The position numbers were made by a program, and so were the translations under genes. The notes below the pieces were generated by a model. It saw only the letters and a program-made list of their open reading frames with translations, was not told where the DNA came from and searched no databases. This document shows, one piece after another, positions 44,559 through 53,375 of a stretch of 64,000 nt of DNA (within the stretch, counting starts at the first letter, position 1; each line of letters begins with the position of its first letter). This DNA comes from Candidatus Woesearchaeota archaeon (GTDB lineage Archaea; Nanobdellota; Nanobdellia; Woesearchaeales; JAHWIC01): assembly GCA_019322485.1 (NCBI GenBank), contig JAHWIK010000015.1, forward strand, positions 23,216 to 87,215, in the 5' to 3' direction.

Positions 44559-45286
44559 CTGTAAAGCTTAAGTGATTCTTCTTCCATGAAATGCAGATTT
44601 CCCGGTATGATTAAACACTGAGGATATTTTTCAATCTTTAGATTCTTAATGTCTCTCAATTTAGCTGATTTGATAAAGGGAGCATCAGAGCCGAGCTGTG
44701 CGCAGGCAACAGCTAGTTTGTCACTCTCAACACCTTCTTTTATCAGATATTTAGCTGCATCACCTATAGTTAGGAACTTGTTGTTTTTGGGGTCTAAGTC
44801 TAATAGAAACAAAGTATGGAACCCAATTGACTGGTTGCTTTTCAATACACTAACTGGTGATTTAATATCTTTATTATTGAATGGAATGGAGGTTGTTTTT
44901 CCGAATTTATACAGCTCTAAACCAGTTATGCCAACAGCAGTCAGTATAGAGGCATTATGGATTATTTTTGTCTTAACTCCAGCTTTCTTTGCTCTCATAA
45001 GAATGTCAATATGTGTTGTCGCTCCAAACACATCGCCAATTATCAATAAAGCAGTTTCCTTGGTTTTTGCATCTTTGAGTATGGTTTCTTCAGCTTTTTT
45101 CTCTACTAGGTCTCTATCAGCCACTATAATCTTCTTTCCGTAGACTTTCTCTAGAGCTCCTACAGAACAATTAAGCTTAGATGTGTAGCTTTCCAAGTAA
45201 ACTGATTCACATTTCCTTACAGCTTCCAAGCCTTTAACACTGATATCTTTCTCATCATTAAGGCCGATTCCTATTAGGTATAACAT
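44555..45286 (-). CDS. dph5: diphthine synthase
   Basis: 'MLYLIGIGLNDEKDISVKGLEAVRKCESVYLESYTS' and 'LIIGDVFGATTH'. Confidence 0.9.
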   Translation of the reverse strand: MLYLIGIGLNDEKDISVKGLEAVRKCESVYLESYTSKLNCSVGALEKVYGKKIIVADRDLVEKKAEETILKDAKTKETALLIIGDVFGATTHIDILMRAKKAGVKTKIIHNASILTAVGITGLELYKFGKTTSIPFNNKDIKSPVSVLKSNQSIGFHTLFLLDLDPKNNKFLTIGDAAKYLIKEGVESDKLAVACAQLGSDAPFIKSAKLRDIKNLKIEKYPQCLIIPGNLHFMEEESLKLYS

Positions 45287-45448
45287 GGGAAAGGAAAATT
45301 AAGGCTGTTTTATAAACATTATTAAAAATAAAAAAAGAAAAAAAATCCCCGCTATGCGCAGGGGATTCAAGGCCTTCATCCTAAAACGCGTTGGGGGGTG
45401 GTTTAAAAGATGAAGGCAGAATTTCACCGAACTGGTGAATATGATGCC

Positions 45449-46522
45449 TTACCTCACTACGTCTATTCCAAGCTCTTCGCTTATCTGCATAGCTTGAGGG
45501 CTTGCTTTTGTGTAGTCAATCTTGCCTAGGATCCATGGAGACTTTACTCCAGTTATTATAGTCATAACTGTTAACTTGCCTTTTAGTGTGTCATCAACTC
45601 TTGCTCCCCAGATAACATTTGCATCAGGGTCAAGGCTTTCAGTTACTTGTTCTCCAACCTTGTTGATTTCATCCAAGGTCATATCTGGACCACCAGCTAT
45701 ATGTATTAATGCGCCTGTTGCTCCTTTGTAGCTTATGTCAAGCAAAGGATTGCTTAATGCTCCCTTTACTGCTTCATCTACTCTGTTGTTTGTGTCAGAA
45801 GCACCAACTCCGATAGCTGCTACTCCGCCGTTTGTCATTATTGTTTTAACATCTGCATAATCAAGGTTAACCAAGCTAGGTATTGCTATTGTCTCAACAA
45901 TTCCTTTTATCATTGTAGCTATTAGTTCGTTAGCTACGGCAAACGCTTGTTTTATAGGCAGGTTACCTGCTATATTTACCAGCCTGTTGTTATCAATGAC
46001 TATAACTGTGTCTGCAACTTGTCTTAATTGCTGCAAGCCAAATTCAGCTTTGTCTACTCTCGCGCGCTCAATCTTAAATGGCATTGTCACTGTTCCTATT
46101 ACTATGGAACCAGTGTCTTTTGCTACTTGTGCTATTATTGGGGCTCCGCCTGTACCTGTGCCGCCACCCATGCCTGCGCAGACAAATACCATGTCTGAGC
46201 TTTTTAGCACTTCTTTTATCTCCTGTATGCTTTCCTGTGCTGCTTCAGCACCTTTCTCTGGATAGCCTCCACAGCCTAGGCCACGAGTTACTTCTTTCCC
46301 AACCAGGAACTTGCGGTCAGAATCAGTTATATCTAAGTGCTGTCTGTCAGTGTTGGCTGCGATTATTTCAGCACCTTTTATACCCTTTTGGTATAGCCAG
46401 CCAACCATGTTATTGCCAGCTCCGCCAATACCAATTACCTTTATATTTGCTTGACCTATGTCAAGTTCTTTTGTTCCCTGTTCTTCTGCGTGTTTTAACG
46501 CACTATCTATTATAAAGTCCAT
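45449..46522 (-). CDS. ftsZ: cell division GTPase FtsZ
   Basis: 'GIGGAGNNMV' and the tubulin signature 'GMGGGTGTGGAPIIA'. Confidence 0.95.
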   Translation of the reverse strand: MDFIIDSALKHAEEQGTKELDIGQANIKVIGIGGAGNNMVGWLYQKGIKGAEIIAANTDRQHLDITDSDRKFLVGKEVTRGLGCGGYPEKGAEAAQESIQEIKEVLKSSDMVFVCAGMGGGTGTGGAPIIAQVAKDTGSIVIGTVTMPFKIERARVDKAEFGLQQLRQVADTVIVIDNNRLVNIAGNLPIKQAFAVANELIATMIKGIVETIAIPSLVNLDYADVKTIMTNGGVAAIGVGASDTNNRVDEAVKGALSNPLLDISYKGATGALIHIAGGPDMTLDEINKVGEQVTESLDPDANVIWGARVDDTLKGKLTVMTIITGVKSPWILGKIDYTKASPQAMQISEELGIDVVR

Positions 46523-46839
46523 TTTTTCTCCCCCATTTTTGTTTTTGTGGTTTTCATAATATATTTTTCGATATATACATCGAATTATCGAAATATTTAA
46601 ATAGGAGCTTATACTATATACTCCTTAGAACGGGTTTAACACTTGCGCCAACAGGTGTTTAAGCTTGTGCACGGCGGTTTGACTATCTTTCGCCAAAAGG
46701 ATTCCAAAAACCGCTTTTTTCAACCAACAAACGTTTTTAATTGAGTTTTTCGCCAAAAAAACCCAATAGACACGATTTCTATTTTATTATACACATATGT
46801 ATACTAGTATTTAAATTTTTCTATTATAGATTATATAAA

Positions 46840-47499
46840 TCAACGTTTGAGCTTTTCCTTAACTTTCTCAGAAATCTTTTCATGCAGTTTCTTTAGGCTT
46901 TTTACTCCTTCTTTTAGGTATATCTCTGTTCTCTTGGACCACCAGCCCCAGGATGAAGGAGGTATATGCTTTCTTGATCCCCATCTGTTCACAAAGAATA
47001 TTGCAAAGGCCCTGTTCTTTGGTGGCGGCTCTGGTTCTTCAGCAGCATAACCCACTGTAATAATAGCCTGAGGTATCACTTCCTCTGGCAGGCCTAAAGC
47101 CCTGCGCATCATGTCTTCATCAAAGGCACTAACCCAGCAGGCACCTAAGCCAAGTGCATGGGCTGCTATTAACATGTTTTCTGCAGCAGCAGCACAATTC
47201 TGTATTGCGTATAAACGCTCGCCTCTGACACCATAGAATCTTTTTACTTTCTCAGGCACTGCTATGATAGCAAAGTGTACTGGCGCTTGAACCATCCATG
47301 TTTGTTGCAAGGCGGCTTCAGCTACCTGTTTCCTTACTGCCTCTTCCCTGATGATTATAAATTTCCAGCTTTGTATATTTCCTGAAGAAGGAGCCAGCCT
47401 TCCGGAATCTAGGATAGTTGCTATCATATCCCAAGGCACTGCCTTATCCTTGTACTTCCTTACAGACCTTCTTGTAATAATACATTCAATTGCATCCAT
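46840..47499 (-). CDS. nitroreductase-family flavoprotein
   Basis: 'ITRRSVRKYKDKAVP', 'APSSGNIQSWKF' and 'HALGLGACWV'. Confidence 0.8.
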   Translation of the reverse strand: MDAIECIITRRSVRKYKDKAVPWDMIATILDSGRLAPSSGNIQSWKFIIIREEAVRKQVAEAALQQTWMVQAPVHFAIIAVPEKVKRFYGVRGERLYAIQNCAAAAENMLIAAHALGLGACWVSAFDEDMMRRALGLPEEVIPQAIITVGYAAEEPEPPPKNRAFAIFFVNRWGSRKHIPPSSWGWWSKRTEIYLKEGVKSLKKLHEKISEKVKEKLKR

Positions 47500-47541
47500 C
47501 TAACAAGTTTTTTATACTTACTTATATTTATATCTAACGGT

Positions 47542-49299
47542 ATGAAGTATCAAAATCTGGTTAATGTTTATCAAAAACTTGAAGCAACAACAAAGCGCTT
47601 AGAGAAGACCCATATTATCTCTGAGTTTTTGAAAACAATTGAAGCAGAGGATTTACCTAAGGTTATTCTGCTGCTGCAGGGAAAGCTATTTCCAAATTGG
47701 GATCCAAGCAAGATTGGTGTTGCTTCCAGGCTGATTTTGAAGGCTATTGCAATTTCTACTGGAATTGATACGAGCAAGGTTGAGAATAGCTGGAAGCGAA
47801 GCGGTGACCTGGGAAAAACTGCTGAAGAGCTTGTTGTGCTCAAGAAACAGGCAACACTCTTTTCAAAAGAGTTGGATGTAAAGAAGGTCTTTGATAACCT
47901 GAGAAAACTTGCAACCTTGGAAGGAGCAGGCACTGTTGAAAGAAAGATTCAATTAATTGCTGAGTTGCTGACAAGTGCAGAGCCGTTAGAAGCAAGATAT
48001 ATAGTACGGACTGTTTTAGGTGAGCTAAGGGTTGGTGTTGGAGAAGGAAGCTTGCGTGATGCAGTTGTTTGGGCATTCTTTACAGATGAGATAGGCTTTA
48101 CATATAATACTAAAGAAAATAATATTGAGATTGAGAACAGGGATGATTATAACAAGTATGCAAATGCTGTTCAGCAGGCTTACGATTTGACAAATGATTT
48201 TTCTTCTGTTGCTAAGGTTGCTAAGACTGCTGGCATTGATGGCTTGTTGAATATGGAGCTTGAGGTTAACAGGCCTGTTAAGGTTATGCTTGCCATAAAG
48301 GTAAAGGATATTGGTGATGGCTTTGAAAGGGTTGGAAAGCCAGCTGCTGTTGAGTTTAAGTATGACGGCTTTAGGATGCAGATACATAAAGCGCATGATA
48401 AGATAACTATATTTACCCGGCGTTTAGAGGATGTCACAAGACAGTTTCCTGAGGTTGTTAAGTATGTTAAGGATAATGTTAAGGGCAAGGAATTTATTAT
48501 TGATTCTGAGGCTGTTGGTTACGACCCTAAAACAGATAAGTATCTGCCTTTCCAGAGTGTTTCCCAGAGAATAAAAAGAAAGTATGATATTGAGAAGATG
48601 GCTAAGGATTTCCCTGTTGAGCTTAATGTTTTTGATATAATCTATTTTGAGGGAAAGAATCTGATAAAAGAAGGATTTGGCAGAAGACGAGAGGTTCTCT
48701 GGAAGATTGTAAACCAGGTTCCTAAGAGGATAGTTCTTGCAAAGAATCTGATAACCTCTAGTGAGGATGAGGTTAGGGCTTTTTATAATGAATCTTTAGA
48801 GGCTGGCAATGAGGGGATTATGTTTAAGACTCTTGATGCTCCCTACAAGCCTGGTGCTCGTGTTGGCCATATGGTAAAGTTAAAGCCTACAATGGAAACA
48901 CTTGATTTAGTCATAGTTGGTGCTGACTGGGGCGAGGGTAAAAGAGCTTCATGGCTTTCAAGCTTTACAATTGCATGCATTGATGATAATGGAAATTTTC
49001 TTGAGGTTGGAAAGGTTGGCACTGGTATAAAGGAAAAAGAAACTGAAGAAGGGGTAACGTTTAAGCAGCTTACTGAATTGCTTAAGCCTTTGATAATTGC
49101 AGAGAAAGGCAAAGAGGTTAAGATACAGCCGAAGATTGTTATTGAGATAACCTATGAAGAGATACAGAAAAGTCCTACTTATGCTTCTGGTTATGCTTTA
49201 AGGTTTCCTAGGCTGCTTAATATTCGTGAAGACCGTTCTGCTGAGGATATAAGCACTTTAGAGATGGTTGAGGAGTTTTATCTTGGACAGAAGAAATAA
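47542..49299 (+). CDS. lig: ATP-dependent DNA ligase
   Basis: Motif I 'EFKYDGFRMQIH', 'DSEAVGY', 'EGIMFK' and 'VKLKP'. Length is about 585 aa. Confidence 0.9.
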   Translation: MKYQNLVNVYQKLEATTKRLEKTHIISEFLKTIEAEDLPKVILLLQGKLFPNWDPSKIGVASRLILKAIAISTGIDTSKVENSWKRSGDLGKTAEELVVLKKQATLFSKELDVKKVFDNLRKLATLEGAGTVERKIQLIAELLTSAEPLEARYIVRTVLGELRVGVGEGSLRDAVVWAFFTDEIGFTYNTKENNIEIENRDDYNKYANAVQQAYDLTNDFSSVAKVAKTAGIDGLLNMELEVNRPVKVMLAIKVKDIGDGFERVGKPAAVEFKYDGFRMQIHKAHDKITIFTRRLEDVTRQFPEVVKYVKDNVKGKEFIIDSEAVGYDPKTDKYLPFQSVSQRIKRKYDIEKMAKDFPVELNVFDIIYFEGKNLIKEGFGRRREVLWKIVNQVPKRIVLAKNLITSSEDEVRAFYNESLEAGNEGIMFKTLDAPYKPGARVGHMVKLKPTMETLDLVIVGADWGEGKRASWLSSFTIACIDDNGNFLEVGKVGTGIKEKETEEGVTFKQLTELLKPLIIAEKGKEVKIQPKIVIEITYEEIQKSPTYASGYALRFPRLLNIREDRSAEDISTLEMVEEFYLGQKK

Positions 49300-50502
49300 T
49301 TATTTATTCGGAACAAAATACATTATTCCTAATCCTATAACAAAGAATCCCATCAACAGCCATAAAGCTGGCTGGTAGCCTGCTCTGACAACAATAAAAC
49401 CAAACAGTACAGGTCCAATCAAGCCAGAGAATTTCTCTGTTAAACCTTGGAAGCCGAAGAATTGCGCCAACTTGTTCTTTGGGCTTAGGTGTACTAACAT
49501 TGGCCTGTTTAAGGTCCAGATTGCACCTAAGGCTGCTCCGCCAAGGCAGCCAGCTATTATGAATGTAACTACATTGTTAACCTTCATTAATAAGTATATG
49601 ATTCCAATCCAAAGAAACAAAGCAGTAACTATAGATCTCTTTGAGCCGATCTTGTCTCCAAGTTTTCCGAATATTAAAGCACCTAAAGCAGAGGTTAAAG
49701 CCATTCCTGCATAAGCATAAAAGAAATTAACCATACTGATTCCTATTTGCTCGCGGCCGTAAAGATAAAGGAATACAATTGCAGTATTCATTCCGTCTGT
49801 ATATAACAAACAAGCTATTAAGAAAATGAATAAGCTCTTGTGTTTTCTTGCCTCCCTGAAGGTTGATTTAATTGCTGAATAGGCTTTTTTAATCCCTTCT
49901 TTTAGGCTTACTGTTGCTTTTCTTACTTTGTCTTTGACAAGGATGAAGGTGATTATTGAAAAACCTAGGAAGAAAATTGCTGTTGCTGGAAAGATTGATT
50001 TTACTGCTGCTTCTGTTTCCCAGCCAAGCATACTCATTAATATGTATGCCATGACCAGGCTTAGGATTGTTCCAACATAACCCATTGCAACACCATAGCC
50101 AGAGATCTTTGACATATTCTTTTTTGTCGAGATATCTGTTAGTATTGCATCATAGACATCCAGGCATGCATGGAAGGTAAGTGTTGCAAATACTCCAAGA
50201 ATTAAGGCACCATACAATCCAATATAAGGTGTTAATGCTGTTGCAGTAACGCAAAGCAGGGTAAAGAAAATAACATAAGGCATCTTCCTTCCAGTTGAGT
50301 CAGATAAAGCACCAATAAAAGGAACAAATACGCCAGCAAGGAATATTCCAAGGCTTGTTACTAAGCCCACATGGAATTCATTCCCGCCCAAGAAAACCTT
50401 GATTAAAACAGGAAAGAAGAATGTTACATATAAAGCAGAGAAAGCAGTATTTGCTAAGTCATATATTGTCCAGCCAAAGATTTTTTTTGTTAGTTTCTTC
50501 AC
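49300..50502 (-). CDS. MFS transporter (UMF1/Atg22-like)
   Basis: About 12 TM segments. The N-terminus 'GWTIYDLANTAFSALYVTFFFP' is typical of UMF1. Confidence 0.8.
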   Translation of the reverse strand: MKKLTKKIFGWTIYDLANTAFSALYVTFFFPVLIKVFLGGNEFHVGLVTSLGIFLAGVFVPFIGALSDSTGRKMPYVIFFTLLCVTATALTPYIGLYGALILGVFATLTFHACLDVYDAILTDISTKKNMSKISGYGVAMGYVGTILSLVMAYILMSMLGWETEAAVKSIFPATAIFFLGFSIITFILVKDKVRKATVSLKEGIKKAYSAIKSTFREARKHKSLFIFLIACLLYTDGMNTAIVFLYLYGREQIGISMVNFFYAYAGMALTSALGALIFGKLGDKIGSKRSIVTALFLWIGIIYLLMKVNNVVTFIIAGCLGGAALGAIWTLNRPMLVHLSPKNKLAQFFGFQGLTEKFSGLIGPVLFGFIVVRAGYQPALWLLMGFFVIGLGIMYFVPNK

Positions 50503-50619
50503 AAGCTTCTTTCTGATATAATAGTATAAAATCTTTTTGGTTTACTATCTCTATTGTTTACTATTTTGTAGTGGTAAAATTGAAAAGCTTTATATATAAA
50601 AAACCATTTTGGTCCTATT

Positions 50620-52584
50620 ATGGTACCAGATAATGGAGAAAAGGATACTGGTAACTCTACAGAAGGACCTCCAGAGGACACCCAAGGAGAACCTACAGAG
50701 AGCCCTACAGAAGCCTCTACAGAAGAACCTGAAGAAGAAAAGCTTCTAGTAATAAGACCTTTTGATGAGGTTAAGGCGGATTTGATAAGGCTATCTGAAT
50801 CAACGGATGATGCTGAGAAGGAAGTGATTCGTGGTAGGTTACATGAGGACTTCGATTCTGTCTATCCTATGTTAAAGGGACTGCCTCGCGGGGAAGATGC
50901 TACACTTCTTTCCTACCCTGGGCAAGAGAATATGGTTTCTGCTGTGGATATGGTTGCTAAAAAACCCAAAAAGAAATATGTAGATATGGCAAGCCAACAA
51001 CTAGGCAGGCTTTATGAATCGTATCAGGCAGAGGTTCTTCAAGCGAAATGGAATACTGAAGCTGAGAAACTGCAGTCAGCAGTAGCAAACCCACAAGAGA
51101 CAATAACCCATCTAAGAACTTCCCTTTCTTCTCATCTGTCAGGGCTTCATAGAGATGTTCGTGCTTGTACCATCGACCTATTAATAAAATATAGGGACTT
51201 TAAAATAGGGGAAGATCCTGCTCGGGATGAGGAGAGGATCACTGATAGTTTGCTTGACCCTGAAGATGGGTATTACATCTTAGGTTATACCATAAGGATT
51301 TTTGAGGATGTAAGCGCTAGATATAATGATGTCCGGCTTAAGCAACTTGCACTGAATCCAAGTATTGCTGATACAGCCCGTACCTTATTGCAGATAGTTA
51401 ATGAGGCTCGAAAGATAACTGGGGAGGCTGGCCTTAGTTTAGAAATCTCGTGCAGGGAAGAACTTGAAGCTATGCTGGAGAAAGGAGAGCCTTCTCCTGC
51501 TGATTCAGAGAGGATACTTGCCACTAATAACGAAATACTAATACAACTTGGTAATTTCTTGCTTGATGCTGTTCAAGGCACAAGTTTAGAAGGTAAGTTG
51601 GATTATAAGAAACAAGACTTGCCTGAGAGAGAGCAGGCAGATAAACCAAAAGCGCCACGCAGGGAATATAAAAGGTCTGCTCCGAGCAGGGTATTTTCAA
51701 ATGAATCTCACTCTGAACTTGCAGGTCTTATTTGCACGCTTTCTGCTTCAGAGAATAACGAGGAGTGGGCAGAGATGAGGGGGTGTATAAAAGGAATGCT
51801 GAGTGAGGCGTATAGAGCAATAGGGATAACAGAGGCACATGTGAACGAAATACGTTTGACCTATCCTAAAGAGGAGGAGTTATGTTCTTTGGCTGATAAA
51901 ATTCCTGAACAAAAGGAGACAACTTATGAATTAACTGCTAAGGTGAGAGCTCTTTATGAAGCTGGCACTGCTTACACTGCCCTGGCTTTTTGGAAGAGAT
52001 GGGTGGCTTCATTAAAGGAAGAGTTGGCAACTGAATCTATGGTATATGATACCTGGAAAGGTGCTTTATCAACTTATATGAAGCATTGCGCACCTGAATC
52101 TAGGGACGAAGTTAATAAACGTTTGATAGCGCGTAGAAGGTCAGTCATGGGAGAAGAAGAAAGCCAGAAGTATAGTGATGAGGAAATACTTTTAGCAGTA
52201 AATTCCGAGCTGGATGACAGAGGTAGGCCTGATTTAATGTTAGATCATTCTGCAATATTTTTTGAGGTTGCTATAGAAGATTACGCTCGTTTAGCAAATG
52301 ATGTATGTAAGAAATGGAGGGGCACAACTGAGTTTATTGGTGCTATGCTTAGGTTTTGTGGCGGTGTTTCTCCTTTGGCAGGCTCGTTAGGTATAACTGC
52401 AGATGATTCAGACAGCACCAAACTTAAGGAGTCGTATGAAAAAGGGCTGGGCTATGTTATGGAAGATGAGCATGACCCAAAAGATGTTGCTAATACTTTA
52501 GGTACTTCAAAGAATGTATTGAAGCAGTACGGGGAAATTTATATTAAAATTCTTGAGAAGGTTGCTGAAGAGAAACAGAAATAA
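50620..52584 (+). CDS. acidic hypothetical protein (654 aa) with a two-fold internal duplication
   Basis: Long ORF with an acidic, low-complexity N-terminus. The two ~300-aa halves are alignable by eye. Its stop codon abuts the 3' end of tRNA-Arg. Confidence 0.6.
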   Translation: MVPDNGEKDTGNSTEGPPEDTQGEPTESPTEASTEEPEEEKLLVIRPFDEVKADLIRLSESTDDAEKEVIRGRLHEDFDSVYPMLKGLPRGEDATLLSYPGQENMVSAVDMVAKKPKKKYVDMASQQLGRLYESYQAEVLQAKWNTEAEKLQSAVANPQETITHLRTSLSSHLSGLHRDVRACTIDLLIKYRDFKIGEDPARDEERITDSLLDPEDGYYILGYTIRIFEDVSARYNDVRLKQLALNPSIADTARTLLQIVNEARKITGEAGLSLEISCREELEAMLEKGEPSPADSERILATNNEILIQLGNFLLDAVQGTSLEGKLDYKKQDLPEREQADKPKAPRREYKRSAPSRVFSNESHSELAGLICTLSASENNEEWAEMRGCIKGMLSEAYRAIGITEAHVNEIRLTYPKEEELCSLADKIPEQKETTYELTAKVRALYEAGTAYTALAFWKRWVASLKEELATESMVYDTWKGALSTYMKHCAPESRDEVNKRLIARRRSVMGEEESQKYSDEEILLAVNSELDDRGRPDLMLDHSAIFFEVAIEDYARLANDVCKKWRGTTEFIGAMLRFCGGVSPLAGSLGITADDSDSTKLKESYEKGLGYVMEDEHDPKDVANTLGTSKNVLKQYGEIYIKILEKVAEEKQK

Positions 52585-52700
52585 TGCCCCTGCCGAGAAT
52601 CGAACTCGGGTCTTCAGGTTTTTGCAAAATTGCCGCAACCTAATATTCTTTTTGGCTATGCCGAACCTTGTTCAGCAAGTATCCACTATACTACAGGGGC
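52585..52700 (-). tRNA. probable tRNA-Arg(GCG) with a 13-nt 37/38 intron and a ~31-nt D-arm insertion
   Basis: Acceptor GCCCCUG/CAGGGGC. T arm CCGAG-UUCGAUU-CUCGG. AC stem UUAGG/CCUGA with loop UUGCGG|A. The mini-intron CAAUUUUGCAAAA gives H = UUGC/GCAA flanked by 3-nt bulges. I could not fix the D-arm boundaries by hand. Confidence 0.6.
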
Positions 52701-52712
52701 AATAATTTGTTT

Positions 52713-53207
52713 TTAATCTGACTCTTTTAATAAACCTTTCTTAACTTTGAGGAAGAAATCCTGGTTTTCTTTTAGTTTGTAATCAGCAAAGGTATGGTTA
52801 AATTCAATAATCTCATCACCATTAAATCCCAGAACTTTATGCAAGAATATTCCATCTCCAATCTCTGTTTTAAACGGCCTGTGCTTTAAGCTTGCCATGA
52901 AAACTCCTTCTTCAGAAATATATCCAGGATCAATGTTAACTGTTCTTTTGTTATCAATTCTAAATTTGTCTTCAATCTTTCCGGTTTGGATTCTTATTTT
53001 TGCTAATTCTTCATCATTAATTATTTTTTTAAAAGAAATAAACCTCTTTTTTAGATTCTTTCCAGATTCTTTTTCGTAATAATCGGTAAAAGTAAAATCA
53101 TACTCTCCACTTTCATCATCAATTTCTCCAAATTGATTTTTCAATTCAATAACTGCTTTATCAAGAGCTTCTTTTTCTGAGTACATTACAGCCATTAATA
53201 GTTTCAT
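52713..53207 (-). CDS. DUF4416-like protein
   Basis: 'FTFTDYYEKESG', 'RTVNIDPGYI' and 'HTFADYK' match my recollection of the DUF4416 pattern. I prefer the start at MKLLMAVMY; the track ORF extends to 53264. Confidence 0.55.
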   Translation of the reverse strand: MKLLMAVMYSEKEALDKAVIELKNQFGEIDDESGEYDFTFTDYYEKESGKNLKKRFISFKKIINDEELAKIRIQTGKIEDKFRIDNKRTVNIDPGYISEEGVFMASLKHRPFKTEIGDGIFLHKVLGFNGDEIIEFNHTFADYKLKENQDFFLKVKKGLLKESD

Positions 53208-53375
53208 CTTAACCATTATTTCAATCTTAATAAAAATAAATCTGAAAATTCCTTTCACAATCACTATAAAGGAATTTTCATCTGCTTAATTTACTTCATG
53301 ACATATGATGAGTTTTGCTTTAAAGGATGGAAGAAGGCAAAACTCAGATTTATTTCTTTTTATTGATTATTTTTC

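Noticed and set aside
50499-50681. 60-aa minus-strand ORF upstream of the MFS gene
   Set aside because: It spans the divergent promoter region and the start of the 654-aa gene. It is likely spurious.
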